62,907 bases of DNA, filler included, from Rhabdomonas costata (GCA_019059605.1; 40 parts of 40 records of this genome joined end to end with filler, not necessarily neighbours in it), one strand, 5' to 3'; shown: positions 23,675 through 35,936, counted from the first letter of the whole stretch. The notes: generated by a model not told the origin, from the sequence alone. A program made the numbers and translations.

Positions 23675-25149
23675 GGGGTGTGGTCCACTCCCCCGTCCTT
23701 CAGGTCGGACAGGTACTGCACCGCCGTGGCGTTGGCCGTCGCATAGGAGGGAAACGGCAGCCCCACCATCAGCTCCATGCTGGAGGTGTCCTTGGTGTTC
23801 TGGGCGTTGGCGTAGGCCGTGACGCTCACAATGCTGTTGGCTACAAGCTCCGCATCATCGATCTTCATCTCGAAGCCTAAATATAGAGAAAGGCAGCACG
23901 TCCAAGGAGCGGAGCAAAGCAAAAGCATGCAAACCTAACATCAGGAAAGGGGAAAAGCAAGCATCCACCTGCGCCCAGTCGAGGAAGGCACACGTAGGCC
24001 GCCAGCACAGGCACATTCCTGAGCAAAACACAATCAGCGGTAAACACATATGCACACATTCCCACAAAGGCATTTGTCAACGCTCCAAGAAAAAAGGAAT
24101 TACCTCCCATACCGATAGTCTAGCGTAAAGCCACTGCCCGTCTGGCAATCTACCACTGCATGCTGCATCGCCGTCGATGGGCCGGGGCACGTCGGGTGGC
24201 ACACGCTGTCGTAGTACTTCGGCTTGGTCAGGAACGAGAACCCCGCGGTCCCATTCACAACAGCAGAGCGGGCCAGAAGAACCTCCGTGGAACCGTTCAG
24301 GTTCGCGTTGATCAGCGTACCCTCCTTGCCAAGCTGCTTCAGGATGTCCTCCCGAATCTGATTCATGGGGATCTCCAGCACCAGCGACACGTTCAGGTTG
24401 GGCATGTCCCAGCTCGCCGCGAGCACATTCCCGTACCCTCCAGAGCCCAAGATGTCCAAAGCTGTGCCGCTGTCGCTGCTCACCGCCGCAGCAGCCGCAG
24501 GGTCGTACGTGCACTGCGTTCCCTTGCACCCACGGCTGGGCGCCGTAAGGATCACCCCGGGGTTCGTAGTACGCACGATTACAAGGCTGGAATCATCAGA
24601 GGTATCGTTGGAGAGAACAGCGTTGACGTCATTGGCGGCGGCCAACGTGTAGCTGAGAACTGTGGATTGGTCGGAGCTGAACGGCAGCATGTAAACTAGC
24701 CCCACACCGCCTCCACACACAGGAACAGGCCGGCAAGCAATAAATGCGTCCGCCATGGTGTAGGACTTTCCCTGAATGGTTGCCCCGGCCGAGGTCAGCG
24801 AGAGCGCCATGGCATACCGGAGGTCGTCGTTAAGCGTAGTGCATCCTGCAGGCTGGCTGCTGCTCGGTCCAACGCAATTCCGAAGCGGCGACAGAATGCT
24901 TGGAGTGCCACTGAAAAAGAGCAAGACCAGAAAGTCCCCGAAGTGATAAAAAAAATAGTACAAAGTGGACCAAACCAACAGGATGTTAAGCAATCTTTGC
25001 CACACCTAGAATTGCCCACCACAAACGCCTCAAAGCCGTTCGGGTACTGCTCAAAGTTCGTGCGGTTCACTACGCTGATCAACGCGGGCAGGTCCAAAAA
25101 GCCCATTTCGCACAGCACGGTGAAGCTGTTGGCCAGCACACGGGCACGC
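23675..25149 (-). CDS. Extracellular sensor region of tandem Cache-like modules (probable receptor cyclase or kinase), partial; exons >25149-25006, 24910-24113, 24018-23969, 23876-<23675
   Basis: Three GT-AG introns keep frame and give FTLDYR|NVPVLAAYVCLPRLGA|GFEMKIDDAEL, which resembles the Cache consensus 'DYRGxxVLxAYxPxxxxxWGxVxxIDxxE'. Confidence 0.7.
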
Positions 25150-25669
25150 NNNNNNNNNNNNNNNNNNNNNNNNNNNNNNNNNNNNNNNNNNNNTTAATTA
25201 ATTAANNNNNNNNNNNNNNNNNNNNNNNNNNNNNNNNNNNNNNNNNNNNTTTTGTTTCCATTCTATTTTCTACCCATAACACTTCGAGCAAGTAAGATCC
25301 GGAATAGGTCCATATTAGAATGGAATTGCTCGAAGTGTTATGGGTAGAAAATAGAATGGAAACAGAATCAGCGGTCATCAGCAACCGCCCAATTAAAGAG
25401 AAGCGAGAGTTTGGATCCGAAGGAGGGGGTCACTCGCCTAAGATATTGAAGGAATCCACCGAGTCCAAGCATTTCACAGAGCTTTGAGACTGGAGCGTGG
25501 TAGCGGAAAAATTTTCAGAGAAGTCTTGGGGAGATTTAGAAAAGACAGCGGTGAGCAGCATTCGAAGAGGGGAAGGACGTACCACGGTCCCTCTGTTCGT
25601 GTTGCGATTCCAGAGAGACGCGAGAGAGGGGGTTGGGTTCTTGGGTAATTTTCCAGACCCTCACCCCAT

Positions 25670-26724
25670 CAGCCACTAATGTTCTTGCCGTTGTGGATTG
25701 GGAGAACCCAAGTTAGGGCTTTACTGTATTCCGGAGCTTCAGATTCGTTTACAAGTCAGGTTTTGGTCAAGAGATTCCGTTTGAAGAGGTACACGTTGCA
25801 GCAGAAGCTTACGGCGAGGGTTGCGAACGTGGAAGGACTTCCAGTGACGCACTTCGTCCGAGTTGTCGAAAGGTTGGGTACCATGCTTATCAAATTGTTT
25901 TTGAGAGCGATCAAGACTGCAATCCCAGTGGTTCTGGTCTATCCACTTTTAACGAGGCTGCAACCTCAGATTGATTGGAAGCGCAGGAATGTCAAAATGT
26001 TGAGAGGAAGAAGAATGTACGACATCCAGGCTCTTCCAGCGGTAGATTCATTTCGAATCACATGCCCCACCACAGGAATGTTGGAGGCAGAGCAAGGGGG
26101 AGTTGCCACGGTGAACCCGTTGACTGCTCCACCGCAGAACGTTCAGAGGTCGTTCCCCCGAGCTCACAATAGCATGGCAGGGGGGAGGCGACGTCACGAG
26201 CAGTCCCAACGTCCAGAGTGTTGGAGTATTGTTGGAGACCATTCCACACGGTGCGGAAACTAATCCACAGTCCCATACACAGGTCGTGGTTTCTGCACTG
26301 GAGGTGGAAGAGGTTGTTCCAACCAAGCAAGACCAGCGAGCCATTGCTAGGGCTCAGGAGCCCAAGTGGAAGGTCAAAATGAAGTTTCGAGATTCGCCTC
26401 AAAAGGTGGTAGAAAAGTTGATCAAAGAGGTGGACCACAGCATTTGTGGACCCCATTGTGCGGCGTTACCCAACACCTCCAGAGATTCAGAGTCTCAATT
26501 AAGAATTTGCGCACATCTTTCCAGCGCCAGTTCCCTGAGGGTTACCCCATTCAATGAGGACGGAAAGGAGGGAAAGATGTGCGCAAATTCTTAATTGAGA
26601 CTGCAATCCCAGTGGTTCTGGTCTATCCACTTTTAACGAGGCTGCAACCTCAGATTGATTGGAAGCGCAGAAATGCCAAGATGTTGAGAGGGGGAAGAAT
26701 GTACGACATCCAGGCGCTTCCAGC
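25670..26724 (+). mobile_element. Ty3/Gypsy-type LTR retrotransposon fragment: retropepsin protease, inactive
   Basis: PLMFLPLWIG...VRALLYSGASDSF (DSG changed to YSG), VANVEGL, VVL.YP.L..LQPQIDW. Segment 25915-26040 is duplicated, with mismatches, at 26597-26724. Confidence 0.85.
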
Positions 26725-26824
26725 NNNNNNNNNNNNNNNNNNNNNNNNNNNNNNNNNNNNNNNNNNNNTTAATTAATTAANNNNNNNNNNNNNNNNNNNN
26801 NNNNNNNNNNNNNNNNNNNNNNNN

Positions 26825-26963
26825 TGCGCTGGCCCTGGAGGTACGTGAGGTAGAAGCCCAGGAAGCCAGCCACCACCATCAAGGCGATGAAGGCAACGAC
26901 AAGCAGGACCTTCAGCGAGAGAAGGTGCGCGAGCACCTTGGGGCAGGGCTTTGGAAGGGCCAT
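26825..26963 (-). CDS. N-terminus of a membrane protein (signal anchor typical of receptor cyclases), partial
   Basis: MALPKPCPKVLAHLLSLKVLLVVAFIALMVVAGFLGFYLTY. A pyrimidine tract (27040-27003) and a TAG lie upstream of the ATG. Confidence 0.55.
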
Positions 26964-27811
26964 ACAGCGAGATGGCTAGCTAAAACGGGTCGCCACCCAA
27001 GAAGTGAAGTAGGGAAAAAGGAAAAGATAAGGTATAAAACCAGAGCAAACTGAAACCAAAGGTTACCAGAACACGCGCCCTCCCTTCTCTGAGAATCAAA
27101 GAGATTCGCGAAGCACATTCCTTCTGCAACATCCTTCCCTTCAGACACTCCGCCACCACAATGACACCGACTCTGAGTCTGCCTATATGCGACGCGTACG
27201 GGATTGTGGTTGCTCTGGTTGATACCGCGTTCAGTTCTGTCATTCTTGCGAACTGTGAAAGTTGCACCCAGAGTGTTTCTCGCTCAGTGAGGAAGGCGTG
27301 AATATCTGGCGATCATCCGCGATAAATATGTTGATGGGGGGATTGCAATGGGCCGCCGTTACTCAGATCTGCTTTTCCGTCCACACCAAGCCCAGTCAAA
27401 AAACAGATGGGCTTCATGTAATTAATATTAATTAGTCTCGTCCCAGTAGATTTCAGACAAACTTTCATCACTTCCCCTTAATCTGCGATGTGCAACAACC
27501 CACGGCCATTTTCAGTTTTGCATCGCTACTGAACGAGTCGTCCCACAGAGGTGGTGGAGTGATGGGCCCAATGTTGTTTCGTACAACCCTTGTGTGCAAC
27601 CCTTGGCGGTTCTTCTTTTCCCACCCTTTTCCACAACAGCGCAGCATTTTCCGCAGACAAGCCATGGTCACGCCCAAGTTCTCAGGGCTCTTGAAGTGAA
27701 CGGGAACTCTTCCTTCTGAATCACCCCTCAGCATTACTCCCCCCCCCCGCAACAACGAGACAACTGGCGCAACAGAAAAAAGTTGTCAGTTGCTGCAGCA
27801 CCAGCACACAC

Positions 27812-28012
27812 CGGCGTGCAGAGCCTGCTCTGGGGGCAGGAAGGAGACGTCCACTTTGCCGTTATCATTGTGCACGATTTGGTCTAGCAGGCTACCCAGC
27901 CCGAAGAACGGGGTGGCCCGCTCCAGCTCCATGCCCTCCACCATAAGGAAGTCAATGGACAGCGACTCGCACATCGACACGGTCCAGTTCAGCAGCGCGG
28001 ATTTCCCCACCC
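27812..28012 (-). CDS. Exon of an AAA/STAND-type P-loop domain (ADCY10-like cyclase-ATPase)
   Basis: CAG|GG GTG GGG AAA TCC: GVGKSALL (Walker A end), then VEGMELERATPFF, like the 'GxExExxxPY' of cyclase-associated AAA_16 domains. Donor G|GTGTGT. Confidence 0.65.
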
Positions 28013-29214
28013 CTGAGTGAATTAAGTTTGCACATCTTTTAGGACGGGTGTGATGACCGTAACCTCAACTTCCCTGAATATCAGCGCACATATTTTGGAG
28101 AGGTTAGGGGGTGATGCACACTCTCTTCGATTCCAGGTCATCCTTTCTCAAAGATTAACGAAGGGCCCTTTTGTGGGGGGGGGGATTGATGCCGGAAAAA
28201 GTTATAATGGTGCAACGGTAAAATGGTGTGACGAACGCACTGACCTAAAGCTATTGTTGTTTTCCTTTGAAAGGGTTAAGAAAAATGTGACACAACACAN
28301 NNNNNNNNNNNNNNNNNNNNNNNNNNNNNNNNNNNNNNNNNNNTTAATTAATTAANNNNNNNNNNNNNNNNNNNNNNNNNNNNNNNNNNNNNNNNNNNNG
28401 TTGTGGTTTGCCGCAAAAAGAAATGAATGAAAGAAGGGAAATGCACATACAGAAAACAGGGATTTGTGACGTGGATAATCGCTAGCAGTGGTTTGCTGTG
28501 GCACTGAGACCATGAGGCAGTTGAAGAGAGAAAGTGTGAGAGAAAAGAGTGTGAGAGAACCGCATCATTAAGGCCGGGCCGACACGTAACAGCACTGTAT
28601 GCATTGCAGCACAACACAGGCATGCACCAACCATAAGTTGCTGAAGGGGGGCTCATTGGAGAGGTAGAGACAAATCACGCAAAGCAGAGAGAGGTCTCAG
28701 GGGCAACCTATACCGTGGTCTGTGCGTGCGTCCAATGCTCATTGCGGGCGTATGCATAGTATCAGATCCACCGTGGTTTGAACGTTGTTTAGAGAATCGC
28801 TGTGCAGACGCAGAGAAAAGGGATTTGTGACCTGGGGGTAACCCCTAAAAGTGGTTTCACGTGGCAAAAAAGATACGGAGGCCCCCGGTGAGAGAGAATT
28901 ACGAATCGAGAGGATTATCAAGGCTGGGCAGACGACACGTAACTGCCAAGGCACCTCGCAAACTGCGCGCAAGAAATCGCAGCCGCGAGTACCGGAGAGT
29001 GGGCCCACGGGTCGCCGCCAAATCAAGCGCATCCGATGCGCCAGTAGATAAGGGTGCCTGCATTCTTTCCATTTATAGCGTACCATTATGAATTTATAAG
29101 GCATAACTGCAAATGACGGGCCATAAGGCAAAGCAAGCGCTATAACAAAGGTCACTGGAAAATGTTGTCACGGACAAAGCATAGTAATGAAAGAAATAGC
29201 ATCATCAGGGAGGT

Positions 29215-29670
29215 TCTAACGCCACTGGAACTCCTTCACACTGGCCTCCTCTCGCTCTGAGAAAGGTCTTCAGCATACCCCAGGTACCATCAATCCCTTT
29301 GGTGAAAACCACTCGCACCTTGTCCCATAAGCGCTCCAGCCTGACCCACTCCCCACTGGAATGGTAGGCAGAAGGCCACTTCAAACCCTTGCAGAGAGAC
29401 TCATCAGCCCCGTCAGTGTAGAGGAACGAGCCCTCCGCAACTTTGTCAACAGGGAATATATTCGATAGTCGGAGGACCGAACCTCCTTTCGTCAGTTTTT
29501 CTTGTCATCAGTCTAAATGAAGATCCCTTTGAGGCCCCTGAAATCACCTTTAACATCAGTGTCATGACCATATAAGCCCTTTCACTTCCTCCCAATCTCA
29601 CATTCATCAGCCTCAACCTCCAAGCCTTTTCCTCCACATCATTTTGGACAGCCTCAGAGTTCATGATACA
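29215..29670 (-). mobile_element. Merlin/IS1016 (IS1595-family) DDE transposase remnant
   Basis: A frame absent from the ORF track reads KVAEGSFLYTDGA...YHSSGEWVR...VVFTKGIDGTWGMLKTFLRARGG, then after a shift VKEFQWR. This matches 'VxxGSxIxTD..NHS..FV..TNxIEGxWxxLK...EFxWR'. Confidence 0.85.
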
Positions 29671-32600
29671 AACCCTGAACCTTGCAGACCAGATGGACAC
29701 AGTGTGAGTACAGTGTGAGTGTGAGTGATGCCCCGCAAATTCATACTGCGGGTCCCAGCACAGGCACGAGCCCAGAAATACGCCATGTTAATCCACTGAT
29801 TCAGCGAGAGAGAAAAGACTCCAGAAAAGATGAAGACTTGGCGTGGATCTTCTTTCGGCAAGCACGGCACCTTNNNNNNNNNNNNNNNNNNNNNNNNNNN
29901 NNNNNNNNNNNNNNNNNTTAATTAATTAANNNNNNNNNNNNNNNNNNNNNNNNNNNNNNNNNNNNNNNNNNNNGCTGGGCCGCTGACGGGGCTTGGTTTG
30001 TTCCTGGGGGGCTCGCTGCTGGCCGCGCCCCACCGCCCCAGACACCGACTTGGGGGGTCCCGGGTTCTTCGCTTCCCCGATCCGCTCGCCATGGGGCTGT
30101 GGTTCGGTTCACACTGATGCTCAGGTTGAGCAAGAGCATGGAAGCTGGGTGATCTCGGACGCTGGCTGGGATGACGCCTCTGGGAAGCCTCCTCGGGAAA
30201 GTACTCGGGCTAGGGGCTGCTTGCCGCTTCCGGGTTGGTGTGTTTGTTTTGGAGCACATTACGCGCTGGCATTTGCCCGTTCGCCCATCGGCTCACGGGC
30301 GCGCGCGCGGTTGGCCACTGGTGCTGGCTAGGGAAGGCGTTGTAGCAAACGGTGCAGTGGGGAACCGGAAGCGGATCACCTGAACATCCGCGGTGGTCGC
30401 GGGCCGATGTCGCGCGGTTGCTTCTGTTCCTCCCTGGGGGGTATGAACGAACCCCGGGGCTTTTTTGGTACGGCAGGTGTTGTGAGAGGATTTGGTTTCA
30501 CCACACTCGAAGACCGGTTTGCTTTACACAATAACCGTGTTACTAATTTAAAATTCCTCGCTACCAATTCCAAACAAAAGATTAAGAGAATGGATACAAG
30601 TGTGTAAAAACGTGAGAAAACGAATGTGCATGAAAAGAATGGGATATTTTTCATTTGCAAAAAATTTCATTGGCCTACGTTTTCTGGTAAAATTTCGTTG
30701 TTTTGCGGTGATGGGAGTTTTGGTCAAGCAAAAGTAGTTTTCAATCAGGTTCGTTTCGTTGAGGTCTAATCCGGTAGCAAATTTCAAAACCAGCCCGGAG
30801 GGCTAAGGGACCAGTCACACGGGGGGAAAGCGGTACCAAAGGAAAGGAGTCAGCATATTAGCACAGAAAGACAATGGGTGTTGTGCGGGCACGGGTATTG
30901 GCCAGAAAGGTCATTTTTCCAAAAGGGCATTTCGTTAAGGGATTTTGGCTTTCCTTTGGCCCCAGCTTAAAGGCGCGGAATTCTTCCGATGTTCAATGGT
31001 CCGCTTCTGCCGCGTAGGTCGCCCGAAGGGACACCGGTGGATTTTTCATGCGATCACGTGCCAGCATCTCGCTCCTGTGTTGTCCGAGCTCGTTTTCTTC
31101 CATTCGCCCGCTACCGCTTTCATGTCTCTCCGCTGGGGGTGTCGGGGGTCACTTTCGTGCCGTCGGCCTCTCCCGCTTTGCGTTTATGTATTCAGGGACG
31201 CTCCAGCGTTGATCCCCGGGGCTCTCTTTTTCTTATCGGCTCCTGCAAGCGGCGGTGCTGGAAAATGGCCGTTTTGAGGAACAAGATTTTCCACCGCCAG
31301 GATCGGACAAAAGCCGAAAATGGGGACAGCACCCTCCAAAAACCAAAGTGGGCATTCGAAGGAAGCTTTGCCACGGCAACGGTGCCCGGTCAGAAAGCTC
31401 CCTCCCTCTCCCTCTCACTCAAAGGGGGTTTTGGCCCACGGAACACCCNNNNNNNNNNNNNNNNNNNNNNNNNNNNNNNNNNNNNNNNNNNNTTAATTAA
31501 TTAANNNNNNNNNNNNNNNNNNNNNNNNNNNNNNNNNNNNNNNNNNNNCCTCAGGATACCACCACACCACAGACCACCTACCTGCATCATGGGACCCTAA
31601 GAGCCTCGAGGGGTGTCAGAGGGGCTAAGGGTAATGGGCGTGATACCCCCTGGGCTGGGGCCCCTAGAAGAAGAGTGATGGTCGCATACTCCCTCTGGTC
31701 GTATGCTCCGTGGATGCTGAACCCCGAAGACCGAATGCCGAACCCCGACCCCGAATTGGCGGCTTATGCCGGTGGAACGACAAACCATCACATTTAGGGA
31801 GTGATGCGAGGCATTGAGCATCACGACAGGAATACCCTTCTGAGTTCAACATTACGAGCGTAGCGAGGGACACGCAGTGGACCGAGCGTAGCGAGAACGT
31901 GGCCGGAGGCCTCTCTTCTCTTCTTCCTCTGAGTTCAGCATTTAGGGAGTGACAAGTGCAGCGAGTCACGACCAGCAAAGACAAGGGGCCCCACAAACGC
32001 AGTGAGTGGGGACATCAACGCTTTACCCTGGTCTTGTGAGGGAGCGTACCGCATGCGGGGAGCGACCGAACAACGCATTTAGGAGCATGGGATCGGAGGG
32101 ACCATGCGACATCAAGACATTATCCTCGTCGTCACTCCCCACCATAGGGTGGTACGTTCCTCCTCACTCCCTCAACCACTCAACTCAGGAACTCATGCAT
32201 TCTCTACACGTGTCTCTTCACTCACTTTGCCACCATAAGGTGCCTTTGTTCGTTCCGACATGGCGTAGCCATGCAGAATACCCTGAGTGAGAGGTTTCGG
32301 TCTCAGGAGAGTATCGGAGGGCATGTCGACGCTGTAGGCATGCCCGTAGAAGGATGAAAGGCACAGCAGGTAGAAACACCCTTGGCATCTTTCTCACACC
32401 CTCCTACTGCCCTTGACACAGCGCATGACGTGGAGCCTGGCAGCCATCAGCAACATCGTACCATCCTGTCACGTGGACTGAAGGGTGATGGTGGTGACGA
32501 CCATGGTTGTGTGAGGAATGCGGTGAGGTGAGACCAGGACATCAAGCGTAGGGTATCAACGTGGCATGTCGGGCTCGGCGCCCTCCACTTCGCATCAACC

Positions 32601-33124
32601 CTAGCATTGGGGCTTGGCATCACCCGGTAGGCATTCCCACTACCAGGGAACCACGCCATGACCACCGATGGCATCAGAGCGACAATGACATCATGCCATA
32701 ACCACCACTACACCTATAGGATAACATAACGTACACACAAGGAATACGCAACGGTACCACTACGGGTTGGTGAGTGGGTAGGAATAACGCCACCACCACC
32801 TGACACCACCACCGGATGAGTGAGTAGGGTAGAACACATCCAACGGTAGGCTGACACTCCTTCTACATGAGGTGCTACCGTAGGACATGCCTTGACCACC
32901 ACCACCACCACCACGGAGTGAAGGGATAGGAACAGGATCCAACCACTATGGCTTACCACACTGTGCATCGGCAGCATAACCATGGTGACGTTCACCTTAC
33001 GCCTATCCCAACACCTGGTGTAACNNNNNNNNNNNNNNNNNNNNNNNNNNNNNNNNNNNNNNNNNNNNTTAATTAATTAANNNNNNNNNNNNNNNNNNNN
33101 NNNNNNNNNNNNNNNNNNNNNNNN

Positions 33125-34598
33125 TTGTGGTGGGCGACTGCGACCAGGAAGAGACCTGTGATGGAAACTCATACGACTGCCCTGACGACCTGGCCATGCC
33201 AGCGACCCAGGCACGTTTTTTTCGCGGTGTAAAAGGCTCCGTTACCCCTGGTGTTGACAGATCTTCGCGCGAGAAGACATCATCTCACGAAAGGCAGAGT
33301 CAATCACAGACAGATTAGGGTGGTTTCCAAATCCCGCGCGGTATGAGTTTATTGTCTGTTAGGGTTTGTGGGCATATGGGAGCATCTCTCGAGCGCATAT
33401 TGTGGTGATTATTTCCTTAACGTCCGCCTGGTAGCTTCTAGGTCCCAGTTTTACCACAGCATTGGTTTCCGCCTTCGTGCTTTCACCCAGGTCTGCCGCA
33501 ACTCCACTGGGCTGTGCGACGAAAGTGAGTACTGCGACGGGAGCTCGATGTCGTGCCCAGACGATGCCCTGACCGTCGCGGGTACGGTGTGCCGTTCTCC
33601 GACTGGCCCCTGCGACATTGCCGAGGTGTGCAACGGCGTGATCAAGGACTGCCCTGACGACATCAAGAGGACAGTGCCAGGTTGACCCACTCCGCCCCCC
33701 TCCCCCCACCTTCGTGCTGCAGTTCGACGCACTCCGCTGTGCTTGCACCGCAATTGCGAGCTCCGAGTTAGTTTTCAGGCGGGAAACCATGCCAGTAATT
33801 CCCTTTAAACAGTTCTTTGTCGATCCTCGAAACCAAACCCGGAAGCCAAAAATAGCACGAACTCTAGGCACAACCTGCGCTGAAAGATGTACCCAGAAAT
33901 ATGCTACCATCACCAGAAACCCGGGGATTGCGGTAGGAAACCACAAAGCAAAATACGCAAACGCCTTATGAAAAATGCCACCGACACATTATTGGAAACA
34001 CCAGGATTTATTAAGGAAGTAAACCGAAGATCCATCCCGTCCCCCAAGAGCCCTCACCGACCAGGATGGAAGGCGTGGACTCGAAGCGGTATTCTGAACT
34101 GGATCGAAACCAGAAAGAGGACGACTGAACTCTGAGTCGCCTTGTCCGCCTGTTCACAGATTTCACCGTGACAGCCAGCGACAGCGTGAACCACTACGCC
34201 CCACAGTCCCTGACCGGGCAGACCTCCATCGTCTTCGAGGTCATGGCCACCCAGAACGCCCGGGTGCTGCTCAGCAGCACCTCCACTTCCTCCACCTCGG
34301 CTCAGACCTACACCATCCTCCTGGGCGGGTGGACCAACACCCGCTCCGGGATCGCCAAGGGCACGCCCTACTGCAACACCACCAGCACCCCTAGCGTGCT
34401 CAGCGGGACGCAATTCCGATGGTTCTGGGTGAGCTGGGGCACCGGCACCGTCGCCGCGGGCCAGGGCCAGACTGTGGGCCAGAAGGTGCTGGTGAGCTGT
34501 GAGGACCCCACCCCGACTCCCGTGAACGCGGTGGCCTTCGCCACGTTCAGCGGGTCGACGGGGCTCTGGCTGCTCAAGGACAGCCTGCCCCCACCAAC
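33125..34598 (+). CDS. Disintegrin-like Cys repeats plus FAMeT-like (Methyltransf_FA) domain protein, partial; exons <33125-33210, 33491-33680, 34160->34598
   Basis: Three repeats of GxCDxxExCxGxxxxCPDD. Then FEVMATQNARVLLS...YTILLGGWTNTRSGI...VLSGTQFRWFWVSW..GTVAAGQG...EDPTP.PVNAVAFAT, the FAMeT-like pattern. Confidence 0.85.
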
Positions 34599-35115
34599 NN
34601 NNNNNNNNNNNNNNNNNNNNNNNNNNNNNNNNNNNNNNNNNNTTAATTAATTAANNNNNNNNNNNNNNNNNNNNNNNNNNNNNNNNNNNNNNNNNNNNCC
34701 TTGGGTTTCCTCTGGTTTTCCCCTGTCATCCATCCTGGCCCTGTCGGCCATTTTTGATCCTCTACGAGGACGCACACTGATAAAACAAAGATAACTCCCG
34801 ATGTGCATGCGAATCTCTGTGTTTGTCTGTTTTTCGTGACATGACTTGCGGGATGCGCCTCCTCCAATATTGGCACCCCGTTTGTGCGGGCATGCCCTGT
34901 TCCACCTCTCTGAGGAATGTGCCGAAATGATCCTGAAAGGTCTACTGTAGCAAGAGGCTGAGAAAATGTCTGCCATTATCCTTGTGGTATACCTGTGGGG
35001 GACCCCAAGCAGCCCAAGCCATGGCGATTGTGGTGACCACTCAAGTAAATTAATCGGATCGGAGCGGTTGTTGCGATGGTGGGTGAGCATGTCAGGGGTT
35101 TTCTCCTTTGGGCAG

Positions 35116-35936
35116 TGCCCCCGCTGCGGCGGGTGGTTTGCCGCCAGATGCTCCGGCTGCCCGGCCCGGGCTGCGGCTCTACGTCGTGGACCTGCACGCC
35201 CACACGGAGCTGGCGCTGTCCCAGGGCGTGCACTTCAGCCCCACCCTGGCATTGTACACCAACGGCGCCCCGGCTGCCACATTGTACCGCGGTGCGTGTC
35301 CCCCCCTCCCCTCAACGGAATCAACCCAAGGGGGTTACGTTAGTTTTCCCTGATTGCGATTGAAAATGTCCCCCACACCACGCACGCACGCACGCACACC
35401 ATATCTCAGTTCTGGAGGAAGTCTGTCGCCAAACTCTCTTATCCAGCGTCTTCCCCATCTTTTCCCGTCATGCCCGTCTTTAGTCGTCGTCTTTCGTCTT
35501 CCGCCTGCCACCGCTGTGAAGGCCTGTCGTGCACACAGCCAAAAAAATGATAAACCTGACGAGGGAGATGGGGTTGCTGTGAATGTTCGAAAGTTTGCGC
35601 GTTTTTGCTCCACCAACCATCTTTTGATTGATTACACCCGAAATCGGTGTTGCGAGCCCCTGAAATTTCCCCCCACGTTGTGGGTTCCGGAAATCTCCTG
35701 GTTCAGCCGTGTATGTTTTGTTTTCTGGCTTGTTGGGGATGTTCACCAATGCACTGCCCCCTTCAGTAGCCTCCAACCAAAACACTGCTTTTGAACGTCG
35801 GCGGACACTGCGTGGGGCTGGTTCCTTAGGGCCGCGACGGCTCCGGCCGATGCAGGCCTTCGTGACTCGCGTCTCTGACGGGGTGCTGCCCTTGCTCACC
35901 CCTGCCGCAATGGCGCTTCACTTGGCCAGAGCAGAG
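35116..35936 (+). CDS. Thioredoxin-fold/PDI-like protein, partial; exons ~35116-35291 and 35830-35936
   Basis: LYVVDLHAHTELALSQGVHFSPTLALYTNG...YRG|PRRLRPMQAFV resembles the PDI pattern 'VDxxxxxxLAxxxxVxxxPTLxxFxxG....YxGxR'. Confidence 0.6.

Noticed and set aside
31549-33024. Possible retroelement in a CA-rich contig
   Set aside because: No RT, integrase or gag motif was found in any listed frame.
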